Of a stretch of 64,000 nucleotides of DNA, positions 47,200 through 59,890 are shown piece after piece. The notes under the pieces are model-generated. The model worked only from the letters and a program-made list of their open reading frames with translations. It did no database searches and was not told the origin of the DNA. The DNA lies in assembly GCF_000143415.4 (NCBI RefSeq), contig NW_003314279.1, forward strand, positions 558,130 to 622,129, in the 5' to 3' direction. Each line of letters starts with the position of its first letter. Position 1 is the first letter of the stretch. Source of the stretch: Selaginella moellendorffii. Taxonomy: Eukaryota > Plantae > Lycopodiophyta. The translations under genes were made by a program, and so were the position numbers.

Positions 47200-48752
47200 C
47201 TAATACACGTGAAGCATGGTGTCTTTGTATCCTGCTGCCGCCTTGTGTTTTTCAAATAGCTCTTGAAGCGCGACTATGAATTTCTCCAGAACATTAGCCA
47301 CCTGCATTCCATTCCCGTTGTGCTACAAATGCAAACTTCGTGGATCATACCTCCTCTCTGGATGGCTGCGAGGTTTTGGTCACCTCGATCGGATTGCCTA
47401 CAGCTACGTACATCTCCTGCTGGCATGGAACAGGACTCCTGCACGATCATCGAGTAAGCTACAAGAAAAAAGAAAAGAGAGATCAACGTACCCATACATT
47501 CCCCAGAAGACGAGAGGGGTAAACCCGATAGCTCTTGAGAGCTTGGCGTAGAGCTCTCCTTTCGGCTTCCACCACTTGTAAGCTTCAGTCTGTAAGAAAA
47601 AAAGACGGGTGGTGCTAGAAAGAAAAAAAATCTTTGAGAAGTTCTTTCATACCTGGCCGAAACAAAACACCGGAACTAATGGAGCACCAGTCTCGATGGC
47701 CACCCGCACAAATCCAAATCTTTTCTTCAAGAAAACTACCTGGAAAACAGATAAGAGAAATCCAAAGCAGTCATGAAAAGGAGATGACGATGTGGCACAA
47801 ACCTCGTGTCCATGCTCCATGTAGAGGCACTCTTGGACACCTCCAGGCACGACAATACAAGAGTAGCCATCGTTCAAAAGCTTGCCAAAGGTTTTTCGCG
47901 AGGCAGGAACGAGACCAAGCCACGTCCAGATGTGACGCAGGATTGGAGTTGCAAACACCTGGACGTGTCACGGCAAAACAAATCAGCGCAAACTTAGAAA
48001 AAATCTTCAAAAAATTCAAAACGCTTTTACGCACAGCACTGCTGGCCAACGCTCGGATTTTCGTAAAAGGCATGTAGCCAGTGTAGTGGCAGAGCGAGAT
48101 AATCCCGATAGGGAGGATGGAGTGTGGCTCCACCGCGAACACTGTTCAAGCATTTATCTGTCATTCCAAAAAAAAAAAACATAGAGAGAGAGAATACCAT
48201 ATGCCTTGCTCAAGTCGAAGGATTTTATATCATCAACATGGAGCCTGATAGGAAAATGCTTCGGTGCATACTTGCAGATAAACCTACACGATCGAAGCAA
48301 CAAAAAAAAAAGAAAAAAATCCAAGCTTTTTGTAAGCAAGGATCGATCAAAAAAAAATAAAAATCGCTACTTACGTCGCGACCTTGCGACCCAAAGGGCT
48401 CTCGTGATGGGCCGGAAGAACCATGAGCAGCAAATACAAGCCCATGACCCTGGATCAAGAAAGAAGAGCGCCCATAAACCGAGAAGAGCGGGAAAACGAA
48501 AAAGAAGAGGAGAAATGCAAATGCTTACGCAATGGCCCAGGCTCGCCGCAAATTGGCAAGAACGACGAGGCCGACGATGGTGTTAAAATGGATGGCGCCC
48601 AGCCATATGAGCACCGCGATCCAGCTCAAAACGCCGCCGCTCGCCGGCGGATCCACCCGCCTGTGCAGCGAATTGCATGCATCGCTCCCGGCGCCGCCAT
48701 CGCCATCGCCATCGCCATCGCCGCCCTTGGCGTGAGCCGCGGCCGCCGCCAT
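47200..48752 (-). CDS. DGAT2: Diacylglycerol O-acyltransferase 2
   Basis: [38 protein letters not shown]...[16 protein letters not shown]. Confidence 0.93.
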
Positions 48753-49036
48753 GAATCGAGTGCTCCCCACACACTCCCCCATTGGCAGCACCAAATGCCC
48801 GCCCGCCACCGTCGATTTGCCAATCCTAGGGCTGCGATGCTGCCACTAGGTGACAGATCTCGCGGCCCCACGCCTCACAAATGCAGCCGCAGATCTCTGC
48901 GCACCGCGGTCGCTCCACGTGGGAAGTATCGGTAAACACGTGGCGCGCGTGTAGCCGTCGCGGTGCTCGCATAGATTGCCAAAGAACACGTTACATTCGA
49001 GCTTTGCAAACGAGCTCGTGCCCGGGAATGATGCTC

Positions 49037-50780
49037 TCAGCATATCCCGCGCTTCCGTACGCGGAGCTTCACGCCGTGGATGGGGCGTACGACAATGCTC
49101 AGGCGGACGGCCAGGGGGTTCTCCATGGCCGGCGAGTGCTCAAACGTGTAGCGCTGGTAGAAGTGGATCAAGGCCAGCTTCATCTCCAGGTAGGCCAACT
49201 TGTAGCCGATGCACATCCGGGGCCCGATTCCAAAGGGGGAGTGAGCGTACGGGTGGCGCTTCTTGGCCTCGGCGCAGTCGGGATCGAAGCGCTCCGGGCG
49301 GAAGAGATGCGGCTCCGGGAAATCCTCCTCGTCTTGGGCGAGCGCATTGATCACCAGCCAAACCCAAGTTCCCTGGTAGAAGAAAGTTTGGCTATCTCTA
49401 CAAGAAAGAGAGAGGGATGTTACCTTTGGAATGTGGTAGCCTACCACCTTGATATCCTCCATCGCCTCGCGAGCAACAACTGGGGAGAACGTGATCATCC
49501 TCATGGATTCTTTGATCACCTGTTGATCATTGACACTCTGAAGAGGGAGAAAGATTCGCGAGCACTGACCTGGTCAACGTACTTGAACTTGTCCACGTCC
49601 TCGAAGGCCACCGTTGACCCCAGTGGCGCGAGCTCGTCAATCTCCTTGACCATCTTTGACGCCACCTCGGGGTGCGCGGCGATGAAGTAGAGCGTGTAGC
49701 AGAGATTGGTGCCAGTTGACTCCGAGCCGGCCATCATGAGCTCGTAAGCCAGCGCCAGCACCCGCTCGTCGGTCAACAGCTCGCGCATCTCCTGGCTCTT
49801 GGCCCGCGCGTCCAGCAGCAGCGACAGCGCATCGCTCCTAACAACTCCGTCCCGCATCTCGGCCTCCCTCCGCTCCAGCAGCGCCCTCATCTGGGCCTCG
49901 AGCAGCAGATTCCCCGTGTACTGGTTCCAGTCGCCGGTCCCCGGGATCCTCTTCATGATCTCGCGGATCGGGTGCTGGAGGAAGGGAAAGAAGAGCCCCG
50001 CGAAGGTGCTCACCGGGGCCTTCTCGCTCATCGTCAACGTATCGAGCGAATTGAGTACCGCATTCACCATGTCCTTGTCCTCGCTGCGACCATCAGCCCA
50101 AGAGGGCTTGACGAGCTTGAAGCCGGTGCCAAATGCGCTCTCCCCGATCACGTCCAGGGCCATCCTCTGGAGGAGCTGGGTCATGTTGACATCCTCCCCG
50201 GCGTTTGCGTGCTTGTCCAGGATCTCCACCACTTGGCCCATCACTCGCTCCATGAGCGGCACGTACGCAGAGAGCTTCTCCGTGTGGAACGTGGGGAGGA
50301 GTATGTTCCTCATCCTCGCCCAATCAGGAGCCCTTCAGAAGGACACTAGTATTACGAATATTTGCAAGGCAAAGTCTTACTTTGTCATGAACAGCCCGTG
50401 TAAGTGGATCCAGCTCTCCTTCATGTAAGGAAGGATGACACGGTTTGGGAACACCTTGAACTTCCGTATGGCAATCTCCTGGCAGAGGTCAGCTGAGGCT
50501 ACAAAGACAATCGGTTGTCTGCCCAGCTGGAACCTGATAGCAACCGAGAACTGAGGCTAAGTTGGATCATAAATCCAAGATCTGTTTACCTGTAAATTGG
50601 CCCCAGCTGCTTGGCAAGCTTGATGAAAACGCCGGCTTGGTACTTGGCCATGAGTGGGAGGTGTCCCAGACCTGAGATGTATGGAGCAGCAGGAATTTTC
50701 GACAGCTTCCATGCGGGCCATTGCAAGTAAATCAAGATTGTCACAACAATCACAAAGAAAACTGCGATGATCAGCGCCAT
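49037..50780 (-). CDS. MAX1: Cytochrome P450 CYP711A (MAX1, carlactone oxidase family)
   Basis: GHLPLMAKY, GPIYRFQLGRQP, ALAYELMMAGSEST, KESMR, PEPHLFRPERFDP..AEAKKRHPYAHSPFGIGPRMCIG, YQRYTFEHSPAMENPL. Confidence 0.9.
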
Positions 50781-50871
50781 TTGCAGGCCGTCTATCCAAG
50801 GGGAGCTTTTTATATATGTGAAACCATGTTTGGACGACTCGGGGTAGCATTTTTCAAAGCATCTTACTTGT

Positions 50872-50989
50872 TTGTTAGCTGAAAGGCTTCGTCTATTCAA
50901 ATTTCAAAAGCCTCCGTAAATTACCCTTTCTTAATATATAAAATGTTTTGGAAATAAAATTTGAATAGACGAAACCTTTCAGCTAACAA
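50872..50989. repeat. ~33-bp inverted repeat (1 mismatch, ~50-nt loop) upstream of MAX1
   Basis: ttgttagctgaaaggcttcgtctattcaaattt and aaatttgaatagacgaaacctttcagctaacaa. Confidence 0.85.
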
Positions 50990-51053
50990 CTTTCTCACGG
51001 ATAGAATTCTGTTTGGGCGCGATTGGGATGAATTCTTCGGCCGCGGCTCACGA

Positions 51054-51330
51054 GCGGCGGCGTTTTGAGCTGGATCGCGGTGCTGACATCGCTGGGCGCC
51101 ATCCATTTTAACACCATCGTCGCCCTCGTCAATTTGTGGCGAGTTGCGTAAGTATTTGCATTTCTCCTCTCCTTTATTGTCTTGTTTTCCTGCTCTCCTC
51201 GGCTGATATGCGGTGCGGTACTGGGTCTTGAGCCGAAAGTTTTTGATCGATCGTAGCTTGTATTTTTTGTTTGCTTCTGTCCGTTTATCAGTATGTCTTT
51301 TCTTTCTCTCCTTTTTTTTTTTTAAAAAAA
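51054..51330 (+). pseudogene. Inverted fragment of DGAT2 exon 1, intron 1 and exon 2
   Basis: gcggcgttttgagctggatcgcggtgct...ttgcgtaag.atttgcatttctcctc is the reverse complement of ~48340-48640. Confidence 0.85.
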
Positions 51331-51404
51331 TGATATAATCGGGATTATCTCTGCAGTAAAACAACAAGGTTCTACACTGATTTATTTTACGTCCAGGATT
51401 TTGC

Positions 51405-51710
51405 GACGCCAATCTCCTAGCGGAGGCTACAAAGACAATCGGTTTTCTACCTGATAAAAACCGAGACTAAAGATCATAAATCCAATGCCTGTAAATTGGA
51501 CCCAGTTGCTTTGCAAATTTGATGAAAATGCCGGCTTGGTTCTTGGCCATGAGTGGGAGGGAGGTGTCGCACGCGTGAGATGTATGGAGCAGCAAGAATT
51601 TTAAGCAATGCAAAACTATTCATACCAGGAACCAAACTCTGATCAACAACAACCAAGATTGCCACAACAATCACAAAGTAAAATGCGAGCATCAGCGTTA
51701 TTTAAAAGCC
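51405..51710 (-). pseudogene. Degenerate duplicate of MAX1 exons 1-2
   Basis: gaggctacaaagacaatcggtt, cctgtaaattgg.cccag and acaacaatcacaaag match 50480-50790. Confidence 0.85.
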
Positions 51711-51802
51711 GTCAATCAAACGGGTGAAGAACACCTATAAGATTGGAACGCTTTTTTCTGTTTTTTCTTGACAAGAGAACAGGCACCATAAAATAAAAGG
51801 CG

Positions 51803-53350
51803 CTACTGAAAAGTTAGCTCCGTTGCACTCTTGGGAACGCGAATGATAAGCAAGCCGTTCAGGAAAGACGCTCTAGCCTGCTTCACGTCAGCACTGGAGG
51901 GAAGCTTAAACTTCCTTTGCTTGAAAACGTTGCCGCTGGCATTAACAATGAGTTCCTGCCCTGCACAGTCCAACAATCACTTCTCTCGCGACAAGCCTGC
52001 ACGGCAAAAGCTATTCAGGAAACGTGGAAGGCTTCAGGGACATACCTGGAACTTCGACACGAAGAATGTGGTGATGCTCGTCATCTGCAGAAGTTGCCTT
52101 GAGGGGTTGGTTCTGGAGAGAAAAACCGGAAACTATTAGTAGATGAAGAAAGAACAAAAACATAAGGTCGATACTCTTGTTCAGCTCAGTCTCGTCGAGG
52201 TCGTCAATTGGCACTGTCGAAGCTGTCCGTTTGAGCGCAGCGGCTCCCTTGGGAAAACGAATGGTGAGAATCTCATCATGGAGATTGACTATTGCACCGT
52301 CAACGTTGGCGTAACGAGGAACCACAATGTTCTCGGGATGGAACACGTCCTTCTCCGTGGAAACACGCACGCGGCCTTGTTCATCTTTTGCAACATGCAC
52401 TTGACCCTGAGACGTGAGACCTGTATAAGTGTACGCAAGAAAAAATTAAGATTACAACGTTGTCTGCAAAATGACTTACCGGGCACTTGCACACCGACAG
52501 TGTAGAACTGCTGGTTCTAGAAGGACAACCACAATAGCTTGCGCTCGTCATATCCTGTAAGCCACAAAAAGAAACGAAGTTAAAACACTCCAGGCAGGAT
52601 CGAAGCCATATCTTTATCAAAGAGCTTGCGGCAGTTTAGCAACAGCTGGTAAGCGTGTTTCTTCTCAAAGTTGTAGAAAGCGACGAGACCGCCGTGACGA
52701 GGGAACTCCGGCAACCCCCCGGCATCAGCCACCTCCTGGGCCAACTCAAGGCCCCTGGCGCACCTCGTCAACTCAACGCTGGTGACACCAGTATGTGGCA
52801 CGCCCGGTGTAGCATATGATCGAGATTGCTCCCAGACCAGACCGGCGAGGCGCAGAACAAAGAACTTGGTATAACACTCAGCGGCAAACAGGCGCGCCTG
52901 CTCCTGCAATTCGTGCTCCCTCTTGGCAGCACTCCAGCAAAAGTTGTGCACGAGGCGAGTTTCTTCCTCTGTGCGGTGATGTATGGGTGGCTCTCCACGC
53001 AAGCCGCGGATTACATTCTGCGAGGCGTTTTTCACGAGTTTGGTCATGTCTGGATAGCCGTAGTCGCCTATGTCGTCAAACCCGAGTGGTTTCCCAGCGG
53101 ATGGGGGGAGTCGCCGCTCACGATTTCGGAGTACTGGAGCATGTGATCCAGGAGATGCCCCTGGAAGCACCTGGCGGCACAATCAGAGTCACCTAGCGCC
53201 CGAAAGACTTGGCCGAGGACATGGTTCTCTAGACGGAGTATCACCATCCACAAAAACTCTCCATACTCCGTCCGTCAGTGGTTTGCAGCGGCAGCAAAGG
53301 CAAGAAGCTCTCTCAGGTGACCTACTCCTACTCGCGCTTGCTGTGTGGAT
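51803..53350 (-). pseudogene. Double-ACD family copy 4 (frameshifts in exon 1, premature TGA in ACD2)
   Basis: Same five-exon layout as 1067-2695; deletion before EYGEFLW; GLSREK* in the last exon. Confidence 0.8.
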
Positions 53351-53432
53351 GCCGCTCGCGCTTGCTTTTCTCGGGTTTGTCTCTAGGGTTTTGGGTTTTA
53401 GCGATCTCAAGCTAGCTCTCATTGCTCCTCCC

Positions 53433-54115
53433 ATGTTCTCTAGACTCGCTGGCAAGTGCAATACTTTGACTGTTTGCGAGACTCGGATGAAGCACGAGGT
53501 AAGGCTCTAATATTTTTTTTCTTGTTAGGTTCGAAATCAACTGGCGCGCATCCAGAGAAGCCGTGGAGAGCGCTGTCTCAAAGCTATTGAAAGCAGGAGG
53601 TTTGTGGGTGGGTTGTATTTTATTTGAATTTATTTTACAGCGGTGAAGAACTTTGGAGACCTTGCGAAGTTCGTAGGAGATACGGACAAGGCTTGGTTTG
53701 TCATCCAGAAATACGGGAACACGGACTGGGCTTCACTTTCAGAGCTCGATGCAAGGCTTCTTTCACAAGCGTTCTTCGAGGTATGGTCTTAAATCTTTTT
53801 TCTTATCCATCGGCTGTGGAGTGGCTGTCGCCGGTTGCCTTTCATTCAAGCGTTTATGGCTAGCATGAGGCAATTTCTTTCCTTTTTTGTTTTGAGGGAC
53901 AAAGCTCATGGATTGACAGTTATTTTGTTTTTAAGGGACCGATGTACATTTGGAACTGCTGACAGGTATTTCTTTTCATCAACGATGTTCATTTATAGGA
54001 ACAGCAGCAGAGAGCTCGTGGACAGCATCAGCAGCAAGCGCGAAAGAAGAAATGGAGCGGAACCCTATCTCCTTGCAGGAAGATGGGATAATCTGGGCAT
54101 CAGAAGATCCTAGAT
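53433..54115 (+). pseudogene. Diverged copy of the head-to-head partner gene
   Basis: RMKHE|gtaag, KLLKAG|gtttg, KNFGDLAKF, DWASLSELDARLLSQAFFE|gtatgg parallel exons of 2740-3740; N-terminal part shortened. Confidence 0.65.
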
Positions 54116-54489
54116 AAAAGCAGCCAATCCATGAGAAAATGCTCTACGCCATCACTGGGACTTCCCACTTGTTTGGTACTTCAACCTAGACCTGTGTTGT
54201 ACAGTCACCTCCTTCTGGTAATATCTGGTCCTTAGGAAGTACGTTGATGATGCTAGGGGGCCGCCAAAGGTGATGAAGTCCATCAAACTTCCTATGGGAA
54301 CTTTTCCCAAGATTGGGGATCTGCTCTTGCACAACTGATGATTGAGGAGCCTGTGACAGTAGACTTTAAGTAGAAGTGGCTCTGAATCCTGAAGACGAAC
54401 TAGAATAAAGAGCTTGTCGAGAGTTGTTGAAACTTCCATGCCTTGTACTGTGGCATTTGGTGTAGCTGAAAGAACTTTGGCATTTACTC

Positions 54490-54743
54490 GACTTCAGCTG
54501 CTAGATCACATTCTTCGTGTCGAAGTTCTGGAACTCTCGCGTTAGCTTTTGGCTTGTTGAACGTCCAGGCTTGAAGTGATTGTGGACTGTGCAGGGCCGG
54601 AACTCATCGTTAAGACCAGCGGCAACGTCTTCAAGCAAAATAAACTTAAGCTTCCCTCTAGTGCTGACGTGAAGCAGGCTAGAGAGTCTTTCCGTAACAG
54701 CTTGCTTACCATTCGCGTTCCAACAGAGCTAGCTTTTCAGTAG
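54490..54743 (+). pseudogene. Inverted ACD2 fragment of the double-ACD family
   Basis: DCAGPELIVKTSGNVFKQNKLKLPSSADVKQARESFRNSLLTIRVPTELAFQ*; reverse complement of ~51800-52090. Confidence 0.85.
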
Positions 54744-54964
54744 TGTCTTCTATTGTTATAAAAAACATTGTGTTACCTTTGATCAAGCTGAAAAATATGC
54801 AATAGAATTGATTGCAGTTTCTTTGAGCTCCATAAATTTAGACTAATTTTTTAAAATTTATTATTACTATTATTATTATTATTATTATTATTTATTTCAA
54901 ATCCAAGTTTGTTCAAACTATCTTTACATTTCTTCGTGATCAAAATATTGTAAGAATCGTCGAT

Positions 54965-55070
54965 GTAATGGTGATGGGCAACCCGGCCTTTGTCTGTACT
55001 CCACTTCTTCGGTTGCTCCAGCAAAATCCCATCTGTATGCATACATACACGATTCTGAGATGGCCAACCT
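54965..55070 (-). pseudogene. Duplicate fragment of the CYP707A last exon and intron
   Basis: Matches 56003-56151 with an internal deletion. Confidence 0.85.
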
Positions 55071-55993
55071 GTTTAAACACATCTTTTCCAGTGGCATTCT
55101 AGTGTTAGGATTGAGAGGGAGGCATTCCAGTGGAATGCGTGCTCCAAGAGCGGATGTCTCATGGTGGTGGCTGACGCTAACAATCCGAGAGCAATGTAAA
55201 GAAGCAGGCTGGTTTTGAGCAGTGTATATGAACTTTATGTCCAGCACTTAAACGATAACCAGTACCTTTTGACGAACTCAAACAATTTGGAAAAGATAGC
55301 AAGCTTTAGCACTAGATGGGGAGAAGCAAAGTCTTGATGTGCTCTTTTATAAGGGCGCCTTGGAATACGTGCCTATATATCATACATTGGTTACCTGATA
55401 TGTGCTATTCACAGGCAAACATTCAGTTATCAGCAATAGGTGAAGACTGATCAGCCTACCATAGATCAATGCGTCAAAAAGGATCTAGAAGTCAGAGAGT
55501 TGCAGCACAAACCCATATCAGTCAGCCGATCTATTTGATCTGAAACGTCACCTGGTTCTCTTTCTCTTCGTGATGCAAGAAAATGATAAAAGAAGTGAGA
55601 GCTATACCGAGAGCATAACTTGACAATGTCGAAACAGAGGAACTAGGGACGACCTTCAAGAAGATAGGCTGAGCTGTGAGTGAAGTGAAACTAGTGTACT
55701 AATGTTCTCGGCGGCACCCATATACTGCTTGCAAGCTTTTGTAAAAAGTAAATATTAAATTAAAGAATAATATCTGAAACAAAGTGGATTACTAAACAGT
55801 TTTCAAAACGGAACTTCATTTTGCGTCTGTTTGTGTTTCAAGGATGCCACCCACAGGTCTAGAACCAAATGGTTTGTCCAAATTGTTCGAATGAAATATT
55901 TTTTCTTTACATTAGTTTTTTTTAATGTTTTTCAAAATTTTGTAAGAATTGAGTTGTTTTATTTCGAATTTTTTTCACTCACTCTTGGGGGTT

Positions 55994-58432
55994 TTACTTG
56001 CGTGTAATGGTGATGGGCAACCCGGCCTTTGGCACTGGGAATGGTCTGTACTCCACTCCTTCGGTTGCTCCAGCAAAATCCCATCTGTATGTACACATAC
56101 ACGATCACACACATTGTTTGATAAATAAAAAGGCTGAGATGGCCAACCTGTATGTGGTGGTAAGGTGGTGCACAAGCACGAGTATTTCCAGCTTGGCCAG
56201 CTCGTTGCCTGGGCATGAATGGAGGCCATTTCCGAACGGTATGAACGTGTTGGGCTTGATCGGCTCCTCGAATCTGGAGGGATCAAACTTGAATGGGTCC
56301 GGGAAGAAGTCTGGGCTGTGGTGGAGCATCCTGAACAGCGGCATCACTTTCCAGCCCTTGGGGATTATGTAATCTATTTGTCACACGCAAGCCAGAGTTG
56401 ACAGTGTCAACTTTCAAAGCTCGAGGAGAAGAACCAAGACTTGTTTAACAAGTAAAATACCTTTGTATTGGACGTCTTCCACGGCTTCTCGGAAAGTGAA
56501 GGAGAGTATGGTAGCGAGTCGTAGGGTCTCTTGAATCGCCTGCACGGACTTATAATAAGTCGAGGTAGAAAAACTTGTGCAATACAAACCCGTGAAGTCA
56601 ATGGCATGTTCCTGGTATCCGACCACGATAAGCTTCTGTCGCCATCAATTATCGACCTTCGAATTCGCTCTTGCTCCGCCTGCAAAAGCAACAGCTCGAG
56701 CGATCAGCCAGATATATACACATAAAAAAACTGCTCCTAAAAGTTGACGACAAGAACAAAAAAACAAACGCCCAAAGCGTCGAGTGAGTTCCAGATGGCC
56801 TAGTTAGTCGTCACACAACTTACAACAAGAAGACGATAGAAAAGAAGATCCACAAAAATGTGGAACAGAAAAGAGGCGTTTGACTATTGCTTACCGTGAC
56901 AGCGTCCAAAAGTACGGGGTTCTCCTTGAGGTACTTGAGGAGCCACGTTAGAACACTGGCGGTGGTGTCCTGGGCCGCAAAGATAACTCCAATCACATTG
57001 TCCCCGATCTGCTCGTCGCTCATGCCGTCCTTAGAGTCCATGAGCCTGGTGAGCAAGTCTGTGTAGTGCAAATCCCCATCGTGTCCGCGGGCCTCTTCTT
57101 GTCGGTGCCTCCTGTCCTTGATGATCTGACTCACGACCGTGCTCAAGTGCTTCCTTGCCTGGACGGGACCAGAAACAAAAAAAAACTCCTCAGAAAGTCA
57201 GAGAAAAAGCAAAGCTAGAGAGAAATAAAGGGGGAAGAAGGGGAATCTAAAGTACTAAAGAAGCACTCTAGGCACGACTTCTCTCCTAGAGACCCACTAT
57301 GACATACAAGTAGACAGCACTATACCATTGTCAACGCAAGGGAGCTCGAGGACGACGGGAGTATATTCTAACGGTATTTTCCCACAGACAGAGAGAGAGA
57401 GAGAGGAGAGAGAGAGCACCTTCATGGCTGTATTGTATGGAGTCCCGGCAATGTCAATAGGAAATGAATTGTATCCTCGCTCCAGTGCTTGATAGGCACG
57501 CTTGAGATCCCCTCGATCTAGCCCACGCTCTTGCCCGCCAAATATCTGGTGGACTCCTACGTCAAAGGCATACTGCGGCCAGCAATGAATGGTGTGAGCA
57601 CAAAAGATCACAAGAAGATAAGTGTAGCAGTTTGACAAGGTAGCTGATGGCAAGAGAGAGTAAATTGGTGGAGTTACCTTCTTCATCTCGTGGAAGGTGT
57701 CGATCGGGTGTTGGGACGACTCCCACAAATCCAGGGCGGCCAGGGAGACAGCCTCGATGTGCGGGACGAGACCTCGGATGGCCTCTGGAGAGAAGCAGCT
57801 CTGCATGAGGCGCTTGAGCCGGCGGTGGTAGTCACCATCGTGAAAGAAGAGCGCGTGTGGCCCGATTATCCCCTCCTTGCTCGATGGGAATGTGGTCTTG
57901 AAGAGGTGGGCGTGCGTGACAAGGATGAACTTGGCGGCCTCGGGGCTGGCGATCATCACCGAGGGACAGCCCAGGATGTGTGTCTTGAAAATCTCACCAT
58001 ACCTAGAAAAGAACAAACGCCAAGAACACGGACGAGAGGAGTCAGTCACGCCCAACCAAAAAAAAAGAAGAAAGAGGCCAAGAAAACAATGGCACGAAAA
58101 AGCACAGTGTGTGCTTGGCGAGAGGGAGAGTGAAAGAGCATGAGCAGAGTATAGAAGCGCTTGGGTGTTGTAATGGTTTGATTCTTGGATCATGGTCTCT
58201 CGCTCTTTGCGTTGGTGTTTTCCCGGGAGGACATTTACCTCTTGTGCCTGGATGCGAAGAAGACGTTGGGAGACTGCGTGTAGAGCCTCAGTGTTTCGCC
58301 CAGGAAAGGCCAGCCCAGCGATCCCGGCGGCAGGTTGATCCGCCGCAGGCTCACGCGCTGGTAAATCCATGGCAGCAGCAGGGTCAATGCAAGCGCGTAC
58401 AGAGCAGCTGCCGCGACGAGGAAGAAAACCAT
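55994..58432 (-). CDS. CYP707A: Cytochrome P450 CYP707A (abscisic acid 8'-hydroxylase family)
   Basis: LPPGSLGWPFLGETLRLY, YGEIFKTHILGCP, FFHDGDYH, QIGDNVIGVIFAAQDTTASVLTW, QETLRLATILSFTFREAVEDV, PFGNGLHSCPGNELAKLE. Confidence 0.93.
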
Positions 58433-58737
58433 CCCTCCCTCTGTAGCTCCCGGGCAGAGAGCTTTGCGGAGAGCACAAAAAAACCCGATGGATGGATTGA
58501 TTGCGCTCGATCGATCGGCCAATTGGATTGGAATGGGCTCGCTCGGCTCGATTGTGGGCGGGCGGGCGGGCGGGCGATCGCGCAATTTGGCGAGCAGAGC
58601 AATCGATTCACAAGGCAAAGAATTTTCGGACTCTTGGAGAGACAGGAGGAAGAAGAAAGGAGAGACTTGGGAGGAGAAGAAACGCTTCTGTGGGCTCGGC
58701 TCTCTCCAGTGATGGAACGAAGGTGTGAGAGAAAAAT

Positions 58738-58826
58738 TATATATATACCGCTCAAACGCCTCACCCACTCACCCGCATCCACGTGGCAGAGGATATAACA
58801 ACTGGCTAACCCTCCCGGACACGTGT
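58738..58826 (-). promoter_or_regulatory. TATA-like run plus two ACGT-core ABRE/G-box elements upstream of CYP707A
   Basis: tatatata at 58738-58747; CCACGTGGC at 58779-58787; GACACGTGT at 58818-58826. Confidence 0.55.
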
Positions 58827-59890
58827 GTATTTCCACCGCCGGCGGCTACCCACCGGCGGCACGGCATATTCCGGTGCCTTCCGGGGTTCAATGTATGTGA
58901 GCTTGGAATCTTGAAATGTATGGTTGGTGTGCGCTGATGTTTGGGCTTGCTGATTATGCTTTGCTCGAAAATGGGCAATCGTTCACATCCCACTTAACAA
59001 AAATTCGCGACACACAGGGGCATTCATCCCCCTTCTCTGGCATTTTCATATTGTATATTGGGGGGATCCAGTGGTACTTTCCAGCAACACCAACACCCTC
59101 TTTTTTTTTTTGATACACAGTTGTATAGAAAATGTATTCGACCTGTAAGTTGATGAGTGAGCTTATCCAAGATATATGCTCCGCCAGCCCAGCTTTCCTT
59201 TCCTAAAAGAGAGCTAAAGCTTGGAATATTTCACCGAGATTGCATGACAACGAGCAAAAGTACCTATAAGTATGTCCTGGGATGGGTCAATTTTGGGAAA
59301 TCTTTGGTGCGCTACCCCGATTTGATCTCGATTTGGATTCTCCTCATTTTGGCCTTGAAGCTGCCCTGTGCTTGCGACGAAAGCTCACACCAACTTGTAC
59401 ATGGATCTTTCAGGAAAGAAGCACAATACAAGATGATAAATTCGGCTTGGTGTTTTTGCCCCTATTGTCTTTGCAATGGGACAGACACGACGACACGATT
59501 GTAATTCTATCCTTCCAAGGAAGATGATGGGGAAGAACAGCACGACGACACTAAGGGTGAGCTTTTGGAGCGAGTCAGAGGAGAGGGGCTAATCACAGAA
59601 AAGGTGCAATCAAGTTGGGAATGATCCATGACATTTGTCAAGGGCTCAAGGAGTTGGAGGCATTCCTCTTGATTTTATTATAATCTTTCGTGCAGTCTTC
59701 ACCTTCTCATGGCAAAGACCCGGAGTTTGCTCCGGTTTTTAGAAGAGGGGTCAAGAAAGGCATCGATCCAAAAGTCAGCTTAGCGTAAATCAAACAAGAA
59801 ATATCAATGCTCACAAAGTCAACATCCAATGCACCCCAAAGGCTTTGACCTTTGGGAGGGAAAAGTCCACTCCGAATCCACTCGCTCATG

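Noticed and set aside
46035-58432. A specialised-metabolite biosynthetic gene cluster (DGAT2 plus two P450s)
   Set aside because: There is no scaffold-forming enzyme, and each gene has an established role in a separate pathway.
59157-59890. HRD-containing ORF (LGIFHRDC) suggesting a kinase remnant
   Set aside because: No other kinase subdomains in register, so it cannot be supported.
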